In this document: piece after piece, positions 37,044-48,343 of the stretch
Position numbering within the stretch: position 1 is the stretch's first letter
How the letters are laid out: each line of letters opens with the position of its first letter
DNA from: Yuukianura sp. NJ FZ-2021
Taxonomy: Eukaryota
Direction: 5' to 3'
Length of the DNA: 64,000 nucleotides
NCBI GenBank assembly: GCA_046563655.1
Contig: CM102285.1
Span: 13,702,001-13,766,000 of the forward strand
Position numbers and translations under genes: made by a program
The notes under the pieces: generated by a model
The model's input: the letters and a program-made list of their open reading frames with translations, nothing else
The model's database searches: none
What the model was told of the DNA's origin: nothing

Positions 37044-37649
37044 ATGGAAACCCGAAGACAGACCAGGTCACAGACCCGGAACGCTGGACAACCTAACAAC
37101 ACCCCTCCGAAGCCAAAAGTCACTGCTAGAAAGGCGACATCGGCGAAATCGTTGTCGTCTTCAAAATCTACATCACCAAAGGCAGCAACTCCCAAAGGTC
37201 AAGGAACTCTATCATCATTTGTGAAGTCGCAGAAGAATGCACCAAAGGCAACCGGACGCAAGCGCAAACGCAGTTCCGACGTAAATCCGAAGTCGTCGAA
37301 ACGCAGGCCCCAGCAGAGGCCATCTACGCCACCATACAAATCCCGAATGCCTGTCCGGACAGAATTGACTGACGATGAAAAGGAAAATGAACTGCGCCAG
37401 TTTGACCTTGACGGAACCTTTGGACCATGTAGGGGAGTAACGCGGCTTAAACGATTGGAAATATGCGAGAGATTCAACCTCGAGATTCCCAGCAGCGTCA
37501 AGTCCATTCTTCGAGGAAGCAAGGACGTTTCCAAATTCAATACCTGGTAAGCTACACAAAACGTTTTTGAAAAAACTGCGAAATTTCATGTTTTAGTAAA
37601 TTATGTAAACCCATTTTTCAGCATCTGGGATCAACAACTTTCAGTATAG
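37044..37649 (+). CDS. POLD4: DNA polymerase delta subunit 4 (p12/Cdm1-like)
   Basis: Exons 37044-37546 and 37622-37649. C-terminal LRQFDLDGTFGPCRGVTRLKRLE..FNLEIPSSV..IL..CIW matches the p12 domain. PIP-box-like QGTLSSFV and basic NLS RKRKR. Confidence 0.82.
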
Positions 37650-38528
37650 ACGCATCGGAAGACTATTTATTGATGAATGTTGATGCTATCTAATGTGCTT
37701 GATACTTGTTGACCGGTGCTTGACCTTGACTGAAAACTCAATAGAAGAATAAGTTCTGTGATTGAATTTAACAGATTTTATATTTTATTGCATTTTAACA
37801 TTTTAAACTCTTAAAAATAAATAGAAACTCTCCCTATTTAGTTTACATTGAGTATAGAATCCAAGTATCACCTTTCATCTTCCTTCATACTACATTGTTT
37901 TACCCTTTAAAACCATATCTGAAATCGTATTGATGTATTGAATTGTGCTAAAATTATTTAAAATTCTAAAATTTAAACAGTAATCCCATATCCAACAGCA
38001 GTTAAACAAATTCAGAGAAAACTGGACAAACAGAAACATCAATGAAAGTGGACTGCTGTTCTGAATACTTCCACAATTTTATCTGAAACTTATTCAAACT
38101 GCCTAAAAACTAAAATTTTAAAACTAATCTCTAGAAAAAAAAATACGCCCATAATTTTGTGTTAAAAATCATGAGAGTCAATTGTCTAAAATCAACGGTG
38201 ATGATGTCTCATAGTCATGGGGTTATTTGAACTTTACTTACTTTATCTATCATTGTGAGGAATGAAAATAAATGAAAGTACTGAAGTATTTGACTACCAT
38301 TTGTACCAAGGTGTTGAGTAATCGATTAACATTTAAAACTAAAATATTGGAAATTCTAAAAGTAGTTAATCTGCTTGTACTTGAATCTGGTTTACCCAAA
38401 GTAGAAATTCTCTAATTGTGTAAATATTGTGATGTAAAAATTAAGCAATTTCTACGTATTAAACCAGCTTTGGTGTTAATTTACAACGTTATTCCACAAT
38501 TATTGTGAAATAACGTTGTAAATTAGAC

Positions 38529-39360
38529 TTACATTAGGCTACAACTTCGGAACCAACCACCGGAGGACTTCGTTGGTGTTTCCTCTTGTTCGTCTCTATG
38601 ATTTTGATTTCCATCGACCATGTCCATAGGCTCTTCATCGATGGCCGGTAACTCTTCTGCATTAGTTTGTGAATTCTGGATGCGATTCTTGTTAACTGAA
38701 CCAGGCGGTCGTCCTTTACGAGGCTGTCGTGATGTTAATGCCGCTTGTTCGGTAGAATTAGAAATCGTTTTGGATTTCCTGATTCGCTTTTCTTTGATAA
38801 CCTTCAGTGAATTTGATTTTGAAGATTTTGGAGTCTCTTGCTTTGCAAGAGAAGTTGGAGTTGTACTGCTATTGCTACTGCTGGAATCTGAAATTAACGT
38901 AATGTAATTGTTAAAATGAAATCGCAATAATTTATCAATTTATGATTTGATGAAGCTCACTCGATTTTTTGGAAACTGTCCTTCCAGGAGATTTCCCTCG
39001 TGGTGTTGATGAACTTATCGGAGGACTTGACGTTTTTTTAACCTTTGTCAATACAATCTCTTCGGATTTCTGATTCTTAGACCTTCGTTTCGTTTCTGAA
39101 TCCTACAAATTAGTGTAATAAACAAACAATATGTTGAAATTCACATAACACAACAGCATGCACTACGTGTTAAATATTGCTATTCCTTACCTTCTTGACC
39201 TTCGTTTTCGTTTTAGCCTTCTCTGTCCCTTTGGCTTTAGCAGGTGGAGGTGGAAGACCGACCTGTCAACATAATTAGTTTAATTTAAATTCAAATAAAC
39301 ATAAACAGATTTTGTTAAAATTAGAACAGTTCTTACCGAATTACTTTTCTTTTTCACCAT
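38529..39360 (-). CDS. Uncharacterised basic, low-complexity protein (about 200 aa) with AT-hook-like motif and C-terminal CaaX
   Basis: Exons 39360-39337, 39262-39191, 39102-38961 and 38887-38529 join in frame with GT-AG sites. K/S-rich, contains RKGRPPGS, ends GGWFRSCSLM*. Confidence 0.75.
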
Positions 39361-40172
39361 TTCTGATGTCCCGACCCGAGAGCAGGCACACTTAAGTTCA
39401 AAGTTCAACTGATTCTCCGTTCAACAGCTTCTTCAACAATCAAGAGACAGATGAATAAACTGAAAATGGATTAAAATTGAAAAGTTTTTAGCACTTGTTT
39501 TCCTGTTCCAAAAACAACTAAACAACCAAACTGGACCCACAGAACGTGTTGGAATTGTAAGGGAAACCACAACAGGGAGGGAGATGTGTCTGATCCCGCT
39601 CAACCCGCATCAACAACCACCACCACCACGGACCATCGCATCATCATCGTCCCCCCCGTTTTTTCGACGCATCATCATCATCCATCGCAATGTTTGCACT
39701 TTGCAATAAGTGCAATGCGCCAGCCATAGCTCCAAAAACGTAGCGTTGTTTGTCTTCTTGATAAATCATGGCAGAACACTCATTTTCCCAAATCAAAATG
39801 ATTGAGGGGTGAAGCCAAGCCAGAGAGATGTTAAGTTAAGGTTTATAAGTGTTACCTATGTTAGATCAGATTTGGCACTGGGATGCCCCTATAACGGGTT
39901 TAAGCTTTTATGTTTTAGCAGAAGCGTAGCAAATTGTGATGAGTTCAAGCAGCATTTCAAGGTAGGAAGAGACGACTAACGTTTTAATCTTGCGTCGAGT
40001 GAATGAAAGGTCCGCACCAGTTGTAATTTCATGTCTTGAAACTCGGAGTAACGATTTAATTCCCTTTCCTGTCCCGTTCAAGGAATTCGCTCAAGAGGAG
40101 AGTCTTCTTACTGTATGTTGGACCAATAGTTCCAGCATCGCCTTTGTCATGTGCACCCATTCCTAGCAGAAT

Positions 40173-40664
40173 TCAAATGGTTTTAAGATTGTCCAGGTTC
40201 GATTTAAGTTGAAATCGCAGTAAATCGGTACCTTGCTTGAACTCTTTCTTCAATTCCATGTGTCGAATGGCCTGAACCTCTTCGAAATCGTAGGCCTCTT
40301 CAGATGAGCTGGATTCAACCATGGTCCGCTTGACGAATTTCGGAATTTTGGTTGGACTCTTGTCAAAGAAAAGATGGTGGAAGACAATGCTCAAAACCGT
40401 TAGGAATATGTACACAATTCCAAGCAAGATGAAGGATGATATGGCCAGGAACAGGGATTGGACCAACACCGACTGAACGCTGAAGCCGCTCCGGAATTCT
40501 CTGAAAGACGATTTAAATTATTAATCGATATCGGCATCGTTTTACACAACTTAGTACCAGTACCAAACCAAAGAAAAGCGTATAAATGGAAGAACAAAGG
40601 AGTTTACTTACAGGAGGTAGTGGACGTCGGGAAGTAAGTCATCAAGGAATTCCTTCAAGTTCAT
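40173..40664 (-). CDS. Small single-pass membrane protein of unknown function (about 127 aa)
   Basis: Exon 40664-40612 (MNLKEFLDDLLPDVHYL) splices in frame to 40500-40173. Hydrophobic segment SLFLAISSFILLGIVYIFLTVLSIVF followed by a charged tail. Confidence 0.6.
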
Positions 40665-41218
40665 CTCGTTAGGTCATCAATTTAGCCAATCAATTCAAGT
40701 TTAAGCTAATTTACACAATAATAATTAATCTGCCACACACGTAAATCAACGTTGAATCGAACGATTAACGATTTTACCCATGCGAAAATAACAACAATAT
40801 AAAAAAAAAAATTCTTTGTTCCGAAATTTTAAAAATGGCGCCAAAACTAACTTCTTAACGCATGCGCGTGTAAAAATTTAGGGGTTGTGGTGCTAAAGCA
40901 AAGACCTGCACTTCTCACTATAGAAAGTTTTTTATTTAAATTATTAAAAGCGGGAACTTTTTTTTCAATGTGCTAAATTTTTGCAATAAATTTGACATTT
41001 GATTTGATCTTCTTCAATTGGTTCTGGTTCAATTAAATTTAAAGTTGAGTTGAAGGTTAATCTAATCATTAACTTTAAGTACTACATTTGCATAAGCACA
41101 TCAGCTGACGCTTGTGTTCTCCATTAGAGTTTAAAGGTTCAGACGAGTATTTAATTTCGACATTCTCGAGTCCCCCCACATAAACTCACTCTCCAATTTG
41201 TTAATCTGATTTTCATTT

Positions 41219-42265
41219 TTAAAACAAGGTAGGGCAATGCTCAAGGGTTGAGCATAGGTCTTCTGGAGGGAGTTGACAATTGATGCGACTTGAACCGGCC
41301 TGCCTCAAAACTGTAGAAGAATTGAGAAACCGTTTTCACATAGCGAATGTACCAAAACGTCGCTCAAACTTTTCAGCGCGGATGTGAGATCTTATTTTGT
41401 GCATGCGTTGCACCAAAACTGGTTTGGCATTGCTACCATTTAAATGCACTAAAATCATGTCCCAGTTTTGAGCCCCAAAATATTTGCACTAAATTGATGT
41501 TCTTAATAAATTACCTTAATAATTAATTTGTTGAGCAAGATGCACATAATGTATTGTCGGTGTTGCTATGACAATGTACTATTAGCGAAAAGAGCGTGAA
41601 CCTAAACAGCGTGAAAATAATGATATCGAAATTTAGCTTTGTGCATCATGCACAAAATTGAACGCTGAGGAGGATGTCGAATATCCTATCTTTTAAATCA
41701 AAATTGGTTCACGTAAATGCACAAGTCAACGTTTATGTATCCCTGTTGGTTATAAGTGCGCAACATGCACAAAAATGAACGGTGGGGTGAGGGGTCGAAT
41801 ATCGCTTGTGAAAATTGAAATTATAAAAATTTCTAGTAACTGCAACTTTGACCCCTGTTATGCACTATTCACATGCTAAACATTTGAGCCGGATTTTCTA
41901 CCCTCTGATCGGTGTTAATTTAACAACGTAATTACACATACTGCCAGAAAATGACCAGATCAAAACTCCGTTGTTTATAAATACTTTGAGTGCAATCGAA
42001 ACCAAAACTGTTTTGCGGAGCCACGATACTGCGGGTACGTAGAGTAGCCGCCAACTTTTACGTTGTTAATTTAACACTTTGAGTGCAATGTAGACCTACT
42101 GAAAACTCTTGAGCCATACATAACCCCCGACTGCGATGGGGCTAATGTTTCAGAGCAATGAGTACTAAAAAACGTGACGGACGGACGGACAGACAGACAG
42201 ACGGACAAAGTCGTATCAATAGTCTTCTTCAGCACGTCGTAGACGTGCGTCTCCAGAAGACTAAT
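41219..42265 (-). mobile_element. Non-autonomous Helentron-associated (HINE/DINE-1-like) element, about 1.05 kb
   Basis: Subterminal inverted repeats gtcttctggag (41258-41268) and ctccagaagac (42251-42261). Terminal hairpin tagtcttct..gcacgtc-gta-gacgtgc..agaagacta (42220-42263). GACG/GACA microsatellite 42176-42207. Stem-loop atgctcaa-ggg-ttgagcat (41237-41255) next to an A/T-rich end. Internal direct repeats. Confidence 0.8.
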
Positions 42266-42281
42266 ACTGAATTTAAGGAAA

Positions 42282-43531
42282 ATGGTGTCCTCTGCAACAA
42301 CTCCGATCCTGCAGCAGGTAAACCGGTAGACTAGTCACCAGGAAATATTTGTTAAATCCTTGCAGAGCTGAAGTTTTCATTAGCCGGTATTTTGTATTAA
42401 TTCAGAGTTTATTTTAGGTCCTGCAAAAGTTTCCAAGATGTGACAAAATCAAATTCAAAAATCCTGAGAAATTGGAAGGCTTATTGAAGAAGATTATTGA
42501 CGCCACTGAACATTCATTGCAGGTCAGACCGAGAAGATTCATCAGTTGTTTAATTTTGTAGGTCTAATCCATATTGTCTAAATAAAATATTTTGTTTAGG
42601 TTATTACGGATTTTGATTTCACGATTACGAGGCGACATCTAAATGGAAAGTCGTGTGTATCCAGTTACGGTGTACTGGACTACAGCCCTTTACTATCCGA
42701 GGCTTTTAGAACCAAAAATTTGGCTCTGTACTCCAAGTATCGTCACATTGAATTGTCCCACGAGTTGACCCGAGAAGAGAAGATGCCGCTTATGCTGGAA
42801 TGGTATACGCAATCACACAATGCTCTTGTAGAACATGGCGGACTGACACGATCTATACTTAAGGACGTTATTTCCTTGGACAACAACGTCCACCTCCGGT
42901 AAGCTAGCAGCAAAGCCTTATCTCTTCCTGTACTTTATTTTTGTGACGTTTCTAAATGTTTCCAGTGACAATGCTGCTGAATTTTTTGAGATCCTGGACA
43001 AAGCTAAAATTCCGACTTTGATTTTCTCCGCTGGAATTGGCGATATTCTGCAAGGCATAATCGAGAGAGAGGGTTGTCTTCACCCGAATTCGAAAATCGT
43101 TGCAAACTGGATGGATTTTGACGAGAGTGGGGCACTAAAAGGATTCAAGGAACCAGTAATCCATTCGTTTTGCAAAAACGAAACAGTTTTGGGAGACGAC
43201 AGTTCGTACTTTGAGGAGTTGTCGCATCGTCCGTATGCCATTCTCCTTGGAGATCAAATTGGAGATATCCAAATGTCCGACGGTATGCCGCACCAGGACG
43301 GAATTCTCAGGATTGCTTTTTTGAATGAAAAGGTAGGTTAAAAAAAACTTCGTATTTTACATTCTTTCTGGATCTAAATTCAAAAACACATTTCAAAAAT
43401 GGTTTCAGATTGAAGAAACACTGGAATCGTTTATGGATGCTTATGACATTGTCATCCTGGATGACCAGTCAATGGATTTTGTCAACTTACTGCTGAGCTT
43501 CATCTTGAAACAAACGCACTTGGCTGAGTAA
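42282..43531 (+). CDS. NT5C3: Cytosolic 5'-nucleotidase III family (cN-III / m7GMP nucleotidase, HAD fold)
   Basis: Exons 42282-42317, 42418-42522, 42600-42898, 42966-43332 and 43409-43531. Motifs: VITDFDFTIT (HAD I), EKMPLMLEWY, LIFSAGIGD, IHSFCKN, ILLGDQIGDIQMSDG, YDIVILDDQSM. Confidence 0.93.
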
Positions 43532-43673
43532 TCAGTAATCACCCAATCTCCGCAAGTTCTTCGTTAATCTGGTCAGTTAAGTTACCTGTAATCGGTAATC
43601 GGTCATGGTAGTTTTGTTTAGCAAACTTACTTAAAATCGAACTTTCTTTATCCAATTTCTTTATTGACTTGAT

Positions 43674-45466
43674 TTACGTCTGTAACCATCTGAGAAACTG
43701 TGTGATTACATAAAATGGAGAATCACTACGTCTAGCACTACTGACAGTATTTGGCTGTCTTTTCAGTCCGTCTCCACTGAAGTACTGCTCACTTTCTTTC
43801 TTTGTTGTAGCTCTGGCAGAACATTCACCCAAGTCTACCAGCGTATTCACAACTGCTTGTGTTGCTTTAGCTAAAAATTCAATGTTATCTTTACTGTTAT
43901 ACACTAAAACCTCAGGTGAATCACATGGACCGTGATAACACTCAACCAAACTGCCACGATATGGACCTGTATCTGTGATCAGCACTGCGCTCAACGTTCT
44001 TGGAACGTCTGTGTCGTTCATGTACCAAAATCGGGCATGATCTGATCGCAGAAAATTGAGATTGGAACTGAGAGTTTCCATATCCGGTAGATCTTCGGGT
44101 AGCCGTAATGGAAACGGCTTAATTTTGAATTTGCTTCCAGGCAGGTCGATCCACTTGGACGCAAATTTCGAGGCCAAACGTCTATCAACTTCACGCCGAT
44201 GAATAACTGATAAAAAGTCGCCGGCGAAACCTTCGTTTGCTACTTGATCGTACACTTCTGGAAGCAGTAGTGACCAGTCCGTTGGAAACATTTGAGACGA
44301 GGTAGTCGAATTAAAGTTCATAATTGTGTCCAGAATGAAAGCTCCCTGGAATAATATAATATATTTTTTATAATAATTTTGGTAATATATTTTTTATAAT
44401 ATATTTTTTATCTGCAGATCTGTGATCTGTACCCTGACCTGCGACCTGTGCCACTCCACATACCTGAAATTTTTCCAAGCTTGTTTCTTTTGAAAGTCCT
44501 GAGCTCATCAGCAGGTCAACTAAGAAATCTTTGATGAAGACCAGCGATCCTTGACTTCCTGTTTCCTCAAGGTCAAGGGCCACAAAAATAATGGAGTACT
44601 TAAGGGAACAGCCGGAGTGGGCAATAGCTCGAGCCGTTTCTAGCATCGCAGCCACTCCACTGCCATTATCGTCTGTTCCAGGGCTGAAGTTAACCGTGTC
44701 ATAGTGGGCACCCAGAACAAGCGGTCTGTCACTGGAAGTTCCCCAATTTGTTCCTTTCAGCGTTGCGATTACATTGGCACCAATGGGTATGTCATCGTCG
44801 TACTAAAATTTGAAGGTCAAAGGTCAAAACTACCCTATTTTAAGTTTTTGAAATTGAAATTTTTGAATTTTGTGAATGTACCACGCTGAGGAACTGACGC
44901 GGTTTGAAATACTGGATTGTCGTGGGAATGCCGCTGGTATATTCGAAGCTTTCAGCGATATATTTTTTGACGATTTCCTTCGCTGTGGAGTTGGTCGAGT
45001 GACTTCGTGGATAAGTGAAAATGTTGCGCAGCATCCACTCAAGATTTTCTGGTTTTACTGTCGCCGGAGCTGAAAATGTTTGACCTTGACCTTGGTTTTT
45101 ATCAAGATCACTTGATCGTCCAAAACCGCGATTTTCACGATTTGACGCCCCGGCTTCAAAGTCACCGTAATTTTCCAAATATGAACCGCCTGACTGGTGG
45201 TTGTGATCAGATCTGAAAAATTCCTGTGTCCATTCCAGCGCTTGTTCTCTTGAAATCGCTGCTTCGTTTTCAGCGTCGTCAGCGTAGCTTTGTTGTTCAC
45301 CTTCAATCAATCTGCCAATCACTGCGCTTGCGATTACTAAAGCCCATAGTCCTAAAAATACAAAAAAAAATTCAAGGCCAATGCAGTTGAAAACCCGAAA
45401 TTTTGAAATTTTGAAACTTTGAAAAAGTTCAGCATTACCTGTTCGCTGAATTGTGTGAATAATCAT
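43674..45466 (-). CDS. Peptidase M28 family zinc metallopeptidase, probably secreted
   Basis: LVLGAHYDTV, GTDDNGSGVAAMLE, FVALDLEETGSQGS, RSDHARF, YHGPCD. Hydrophobic N-terminus GLWALVIASAVIG. Several GT-AG introns; start codon tentative. Confidence 0.88.
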
Positions 45467-46397
45467 TACAAAATTTTTTAATTTTTGTTGGTAAACAGTT
45501 GAAACTGAAAGTCAAAAAGTGATTTTCGACTCTCACTTTCTTCAGTGACGCCGCCTTGCAGTCGGCTCAACAAATTGCAACTGAACAAGTTTTGGAAAAT
45601 GAAATTGAAATCATGTTTTGCTCATTCCCAATTCGTAAATCGAAATTTGCAAATCACAAATCGATCTTATCAGAGTATTTTGCATTGGATGCTTAGAAGA
45701 TGATGCCAAGAGCCTCTCAGTGAATAAATTCATCATTGCATTCTGATTTCTCGTTTTGTCAATTAACAGAATGATTTTTGGAATTCAGATGTGCATCTTC
45801 ACGATTTACGATTAATAGTTCCGGATGCACAATAGAAAGTGAAAACACGACAAGAAAAAGAAAAGTTACTAATCGTTGACCTCTATTTTTTCCCTTGTTA
45901 ATTTTAATTTTGATTGAAACAATAAATTTTCCATTCTCTCTCATGACCAAAAATTCGAAATTTTACTTCAGACGTAACTGCAAATTCCGAAAAAATTACT
46001 TTTTCGTAACATCACAATTAATTTAGACTGACTTTGACCTTGAATAACACTCAAAACAGACTTTGAAAACAACTTACCTGTCAATGGCTCTTGCATTTTT
46101 TAAAAAGTTTCGTTTTTTTTATGTTTGGATTATTGAAAACTTTGTTTTTAACAACAGTTTCACTTTTAGCGACTCCCAACCCGTAGATCTTTGATTCTGC
46201 GGGCGTTTTTCAACTTCACAATCACAATTTGAAATTAATTTTTCAATTCTAAAATTAATTTTTGGAACAATGGAACTGCATGGTCATTTTCGTATTGTCC
46301 TTTTTGACGATTGTTGGGAGAGAGAAGGAAAAAGTAGAATTTTAGGGAAGTGACATCGGTGGATGGTAAGTTTGTGTAGTGGATGTGGACTGATGCG

Positions 46398-46640
46398 TAC
46401 CGAGGTGACATGCCACCTTGTCACGGTTTGGAAACTGCTTAAATTGCATCGCAGATCTTACAATCTGCACATCCTTAAAAATACCAAGTTCAAACAGTTA
46501 TAATCAAACTACTTTAACTCCAGAACGTCTTGTATTCCTAAAATTCTTGCTTTTACGAATCCATTTTTCCTTGAAATTGGAAAACGGCGATACAAAAGTA
46601 TTCAAAGTAGTGACGGACAGACGGACAAAATCGAAAAAGT
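46398..46640 (-). mobile_element. Possible degraded Helentron/DINE-like fragment
   Basis: gtgacggacagacggacaaaatcg (46610-46633) resembles 42175-42213. Small hairpin gtgaca..tgtcac at 46405-46424. Confidence 0.35.
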
Positions 46641-46641
46641 T

Positions 46642-48002
46642 TTAATTTTCGTCGTTTTTGAGCACAGGACTCGCAGATTGCTTGAGTTTGTAGTAGTTGC
46701 TGAGGTAAACTTGGCGCAGTTCTTTCAATTGCTCAGCATCCATCAGTGTTTCCATCATGGTCTCGGCCTTTTCATTGTACTTCTCATCATCATCCTCAGC
46801 ATAGAAAGCATTCTTGGGATTTCTGTCTGGAAGCATCAACTTCCTCCTGACTTTGCCGTCATTCTCCACCCGCCCTTTGGTGTTGGCAAAGCTACGGTGT
46901 AGGTCAACGTCCTCGTCGGACGAATCTCCAACTGGATCTACCGTGTTCTCAACGGCCTCAATTTCATGTAAAAGTTCCAGCTGACTCTTGCCCAGGCGAT
47001 TCGTCCTTGCAAACAGTAGGATATGCACGATGACAGACAGCACGGAGCATATCTAAAAGTTACACAGCAATCGAGTTACAAATTGTAGCTTACAATTAGT
47101 TGTTTGGTAAGAATTGCAAATGAACTTGGAAGCTTACCATGCCCAGGACGTCGAGGATTTCTGGATGACAGTAGGAGGCTGCTGCAGCGACTTTGTCCAT
47201 GTGGACATGCGTGTTACGTTTAAGGGCTGAGTGTCCATCATGCTCAACTGCCGCTGAAAACTCTTCTAACCCGTAGTAGCAGTAGTGAATTCCTTTGGTC
47301 ATATGGATTTGACCGACTTTCTGGACAACCGGTAGTGCTTTAGCAGTTATGCTGTTGTAGTTGGCTTTTGTCATGATATAGGCGTACACTTCTACAACCG
47401 TTCCAACCAATAGCATCACGCCAACCAACGCATTGAACAAAAATTTCTGAAAATCAAACACCGCGGAAATTCATTCGGAGCAATGCGCTTCGGAACAATT
47501 CATTCGGAGGACTGACGTGCTTCCATTTTGAAATTACCTCAAATTCGTTTCCAAATCTAAACTCCGCTACCCAGAGTGCTGGAGAGTAGATCATGATGGC
47601 AATGAAGGATGCTGAGAAGAGACCAATCGTGGTCAAATCCCATTGCAGCGGTCGTTTCTCTAGCTCTTCAATTTCCTTTCGATACTTGAGCATCTCTGTA
47701 CGTATTTCATCCCATTTGAATCTATCCAATTTCTCAAATTCCTCGCCTCCCTCGTGGGTGACCGGAACAGCAAACAGGGTCACTCGGTTTTTGTAAAATT
47801 CCTCTCCAAGGTGCTCAATGTTGGCATTGATTTGGCGGTTTTCTTCAAACGCGAACAGTGCAAGCACCACGGCGCTGATTGTAGTAAACTGCAAATGGAA
47901 AAAATGATTTTTTTTTTCAAAAAATCTGCTTGCAAAAATTGTTCAAACAAGGCAAAAACTTACAATCAGAATCCCAATTAGAATGGTGATGAATCTGGGC
48001 AT
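46642..48002 (-). CDS. Uncharacterised multi-pass membrane protein (about 4 TM)
   Basis: MPRFITILIGILI exon splices to the ORF segments within 47454-47894, 47096-47461 and 46642-47043 through GT-AG introns. Four hydrophobic stretches and an acidic C-terminal tail. No family recognised. Confidence 0.7.
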
Positions 48003-48343
48003 GGTGCGGTGACGAGAGTTGAAACGTAAGCTAATTACATTACAACGGCATCGATGACCAGATTTGAAAAAGTGCGCGATGATTTTTCTAACCTAGAACT
48101 TTTGTATCCTCGAGACCAATGTCAACCAAACAGGAAAAGTTAAGCGACTTGACAGTTGACATGACGAAGAGTTTTTAGAAATTTCTAAGATTTTCTAAGA
48201 ATTTCTAAGAATTTCCCTGGTTCTTGCAGCTCGAGTTTTCGAAGTTACCTAAGGACATAAATATTTACTAACTCCGCGGCTACATTCGGTTACGTCGTTA
48301 TTTAACAGTAAAGCGGTGGATTTGTGTTTGAAGATTCTGTATT

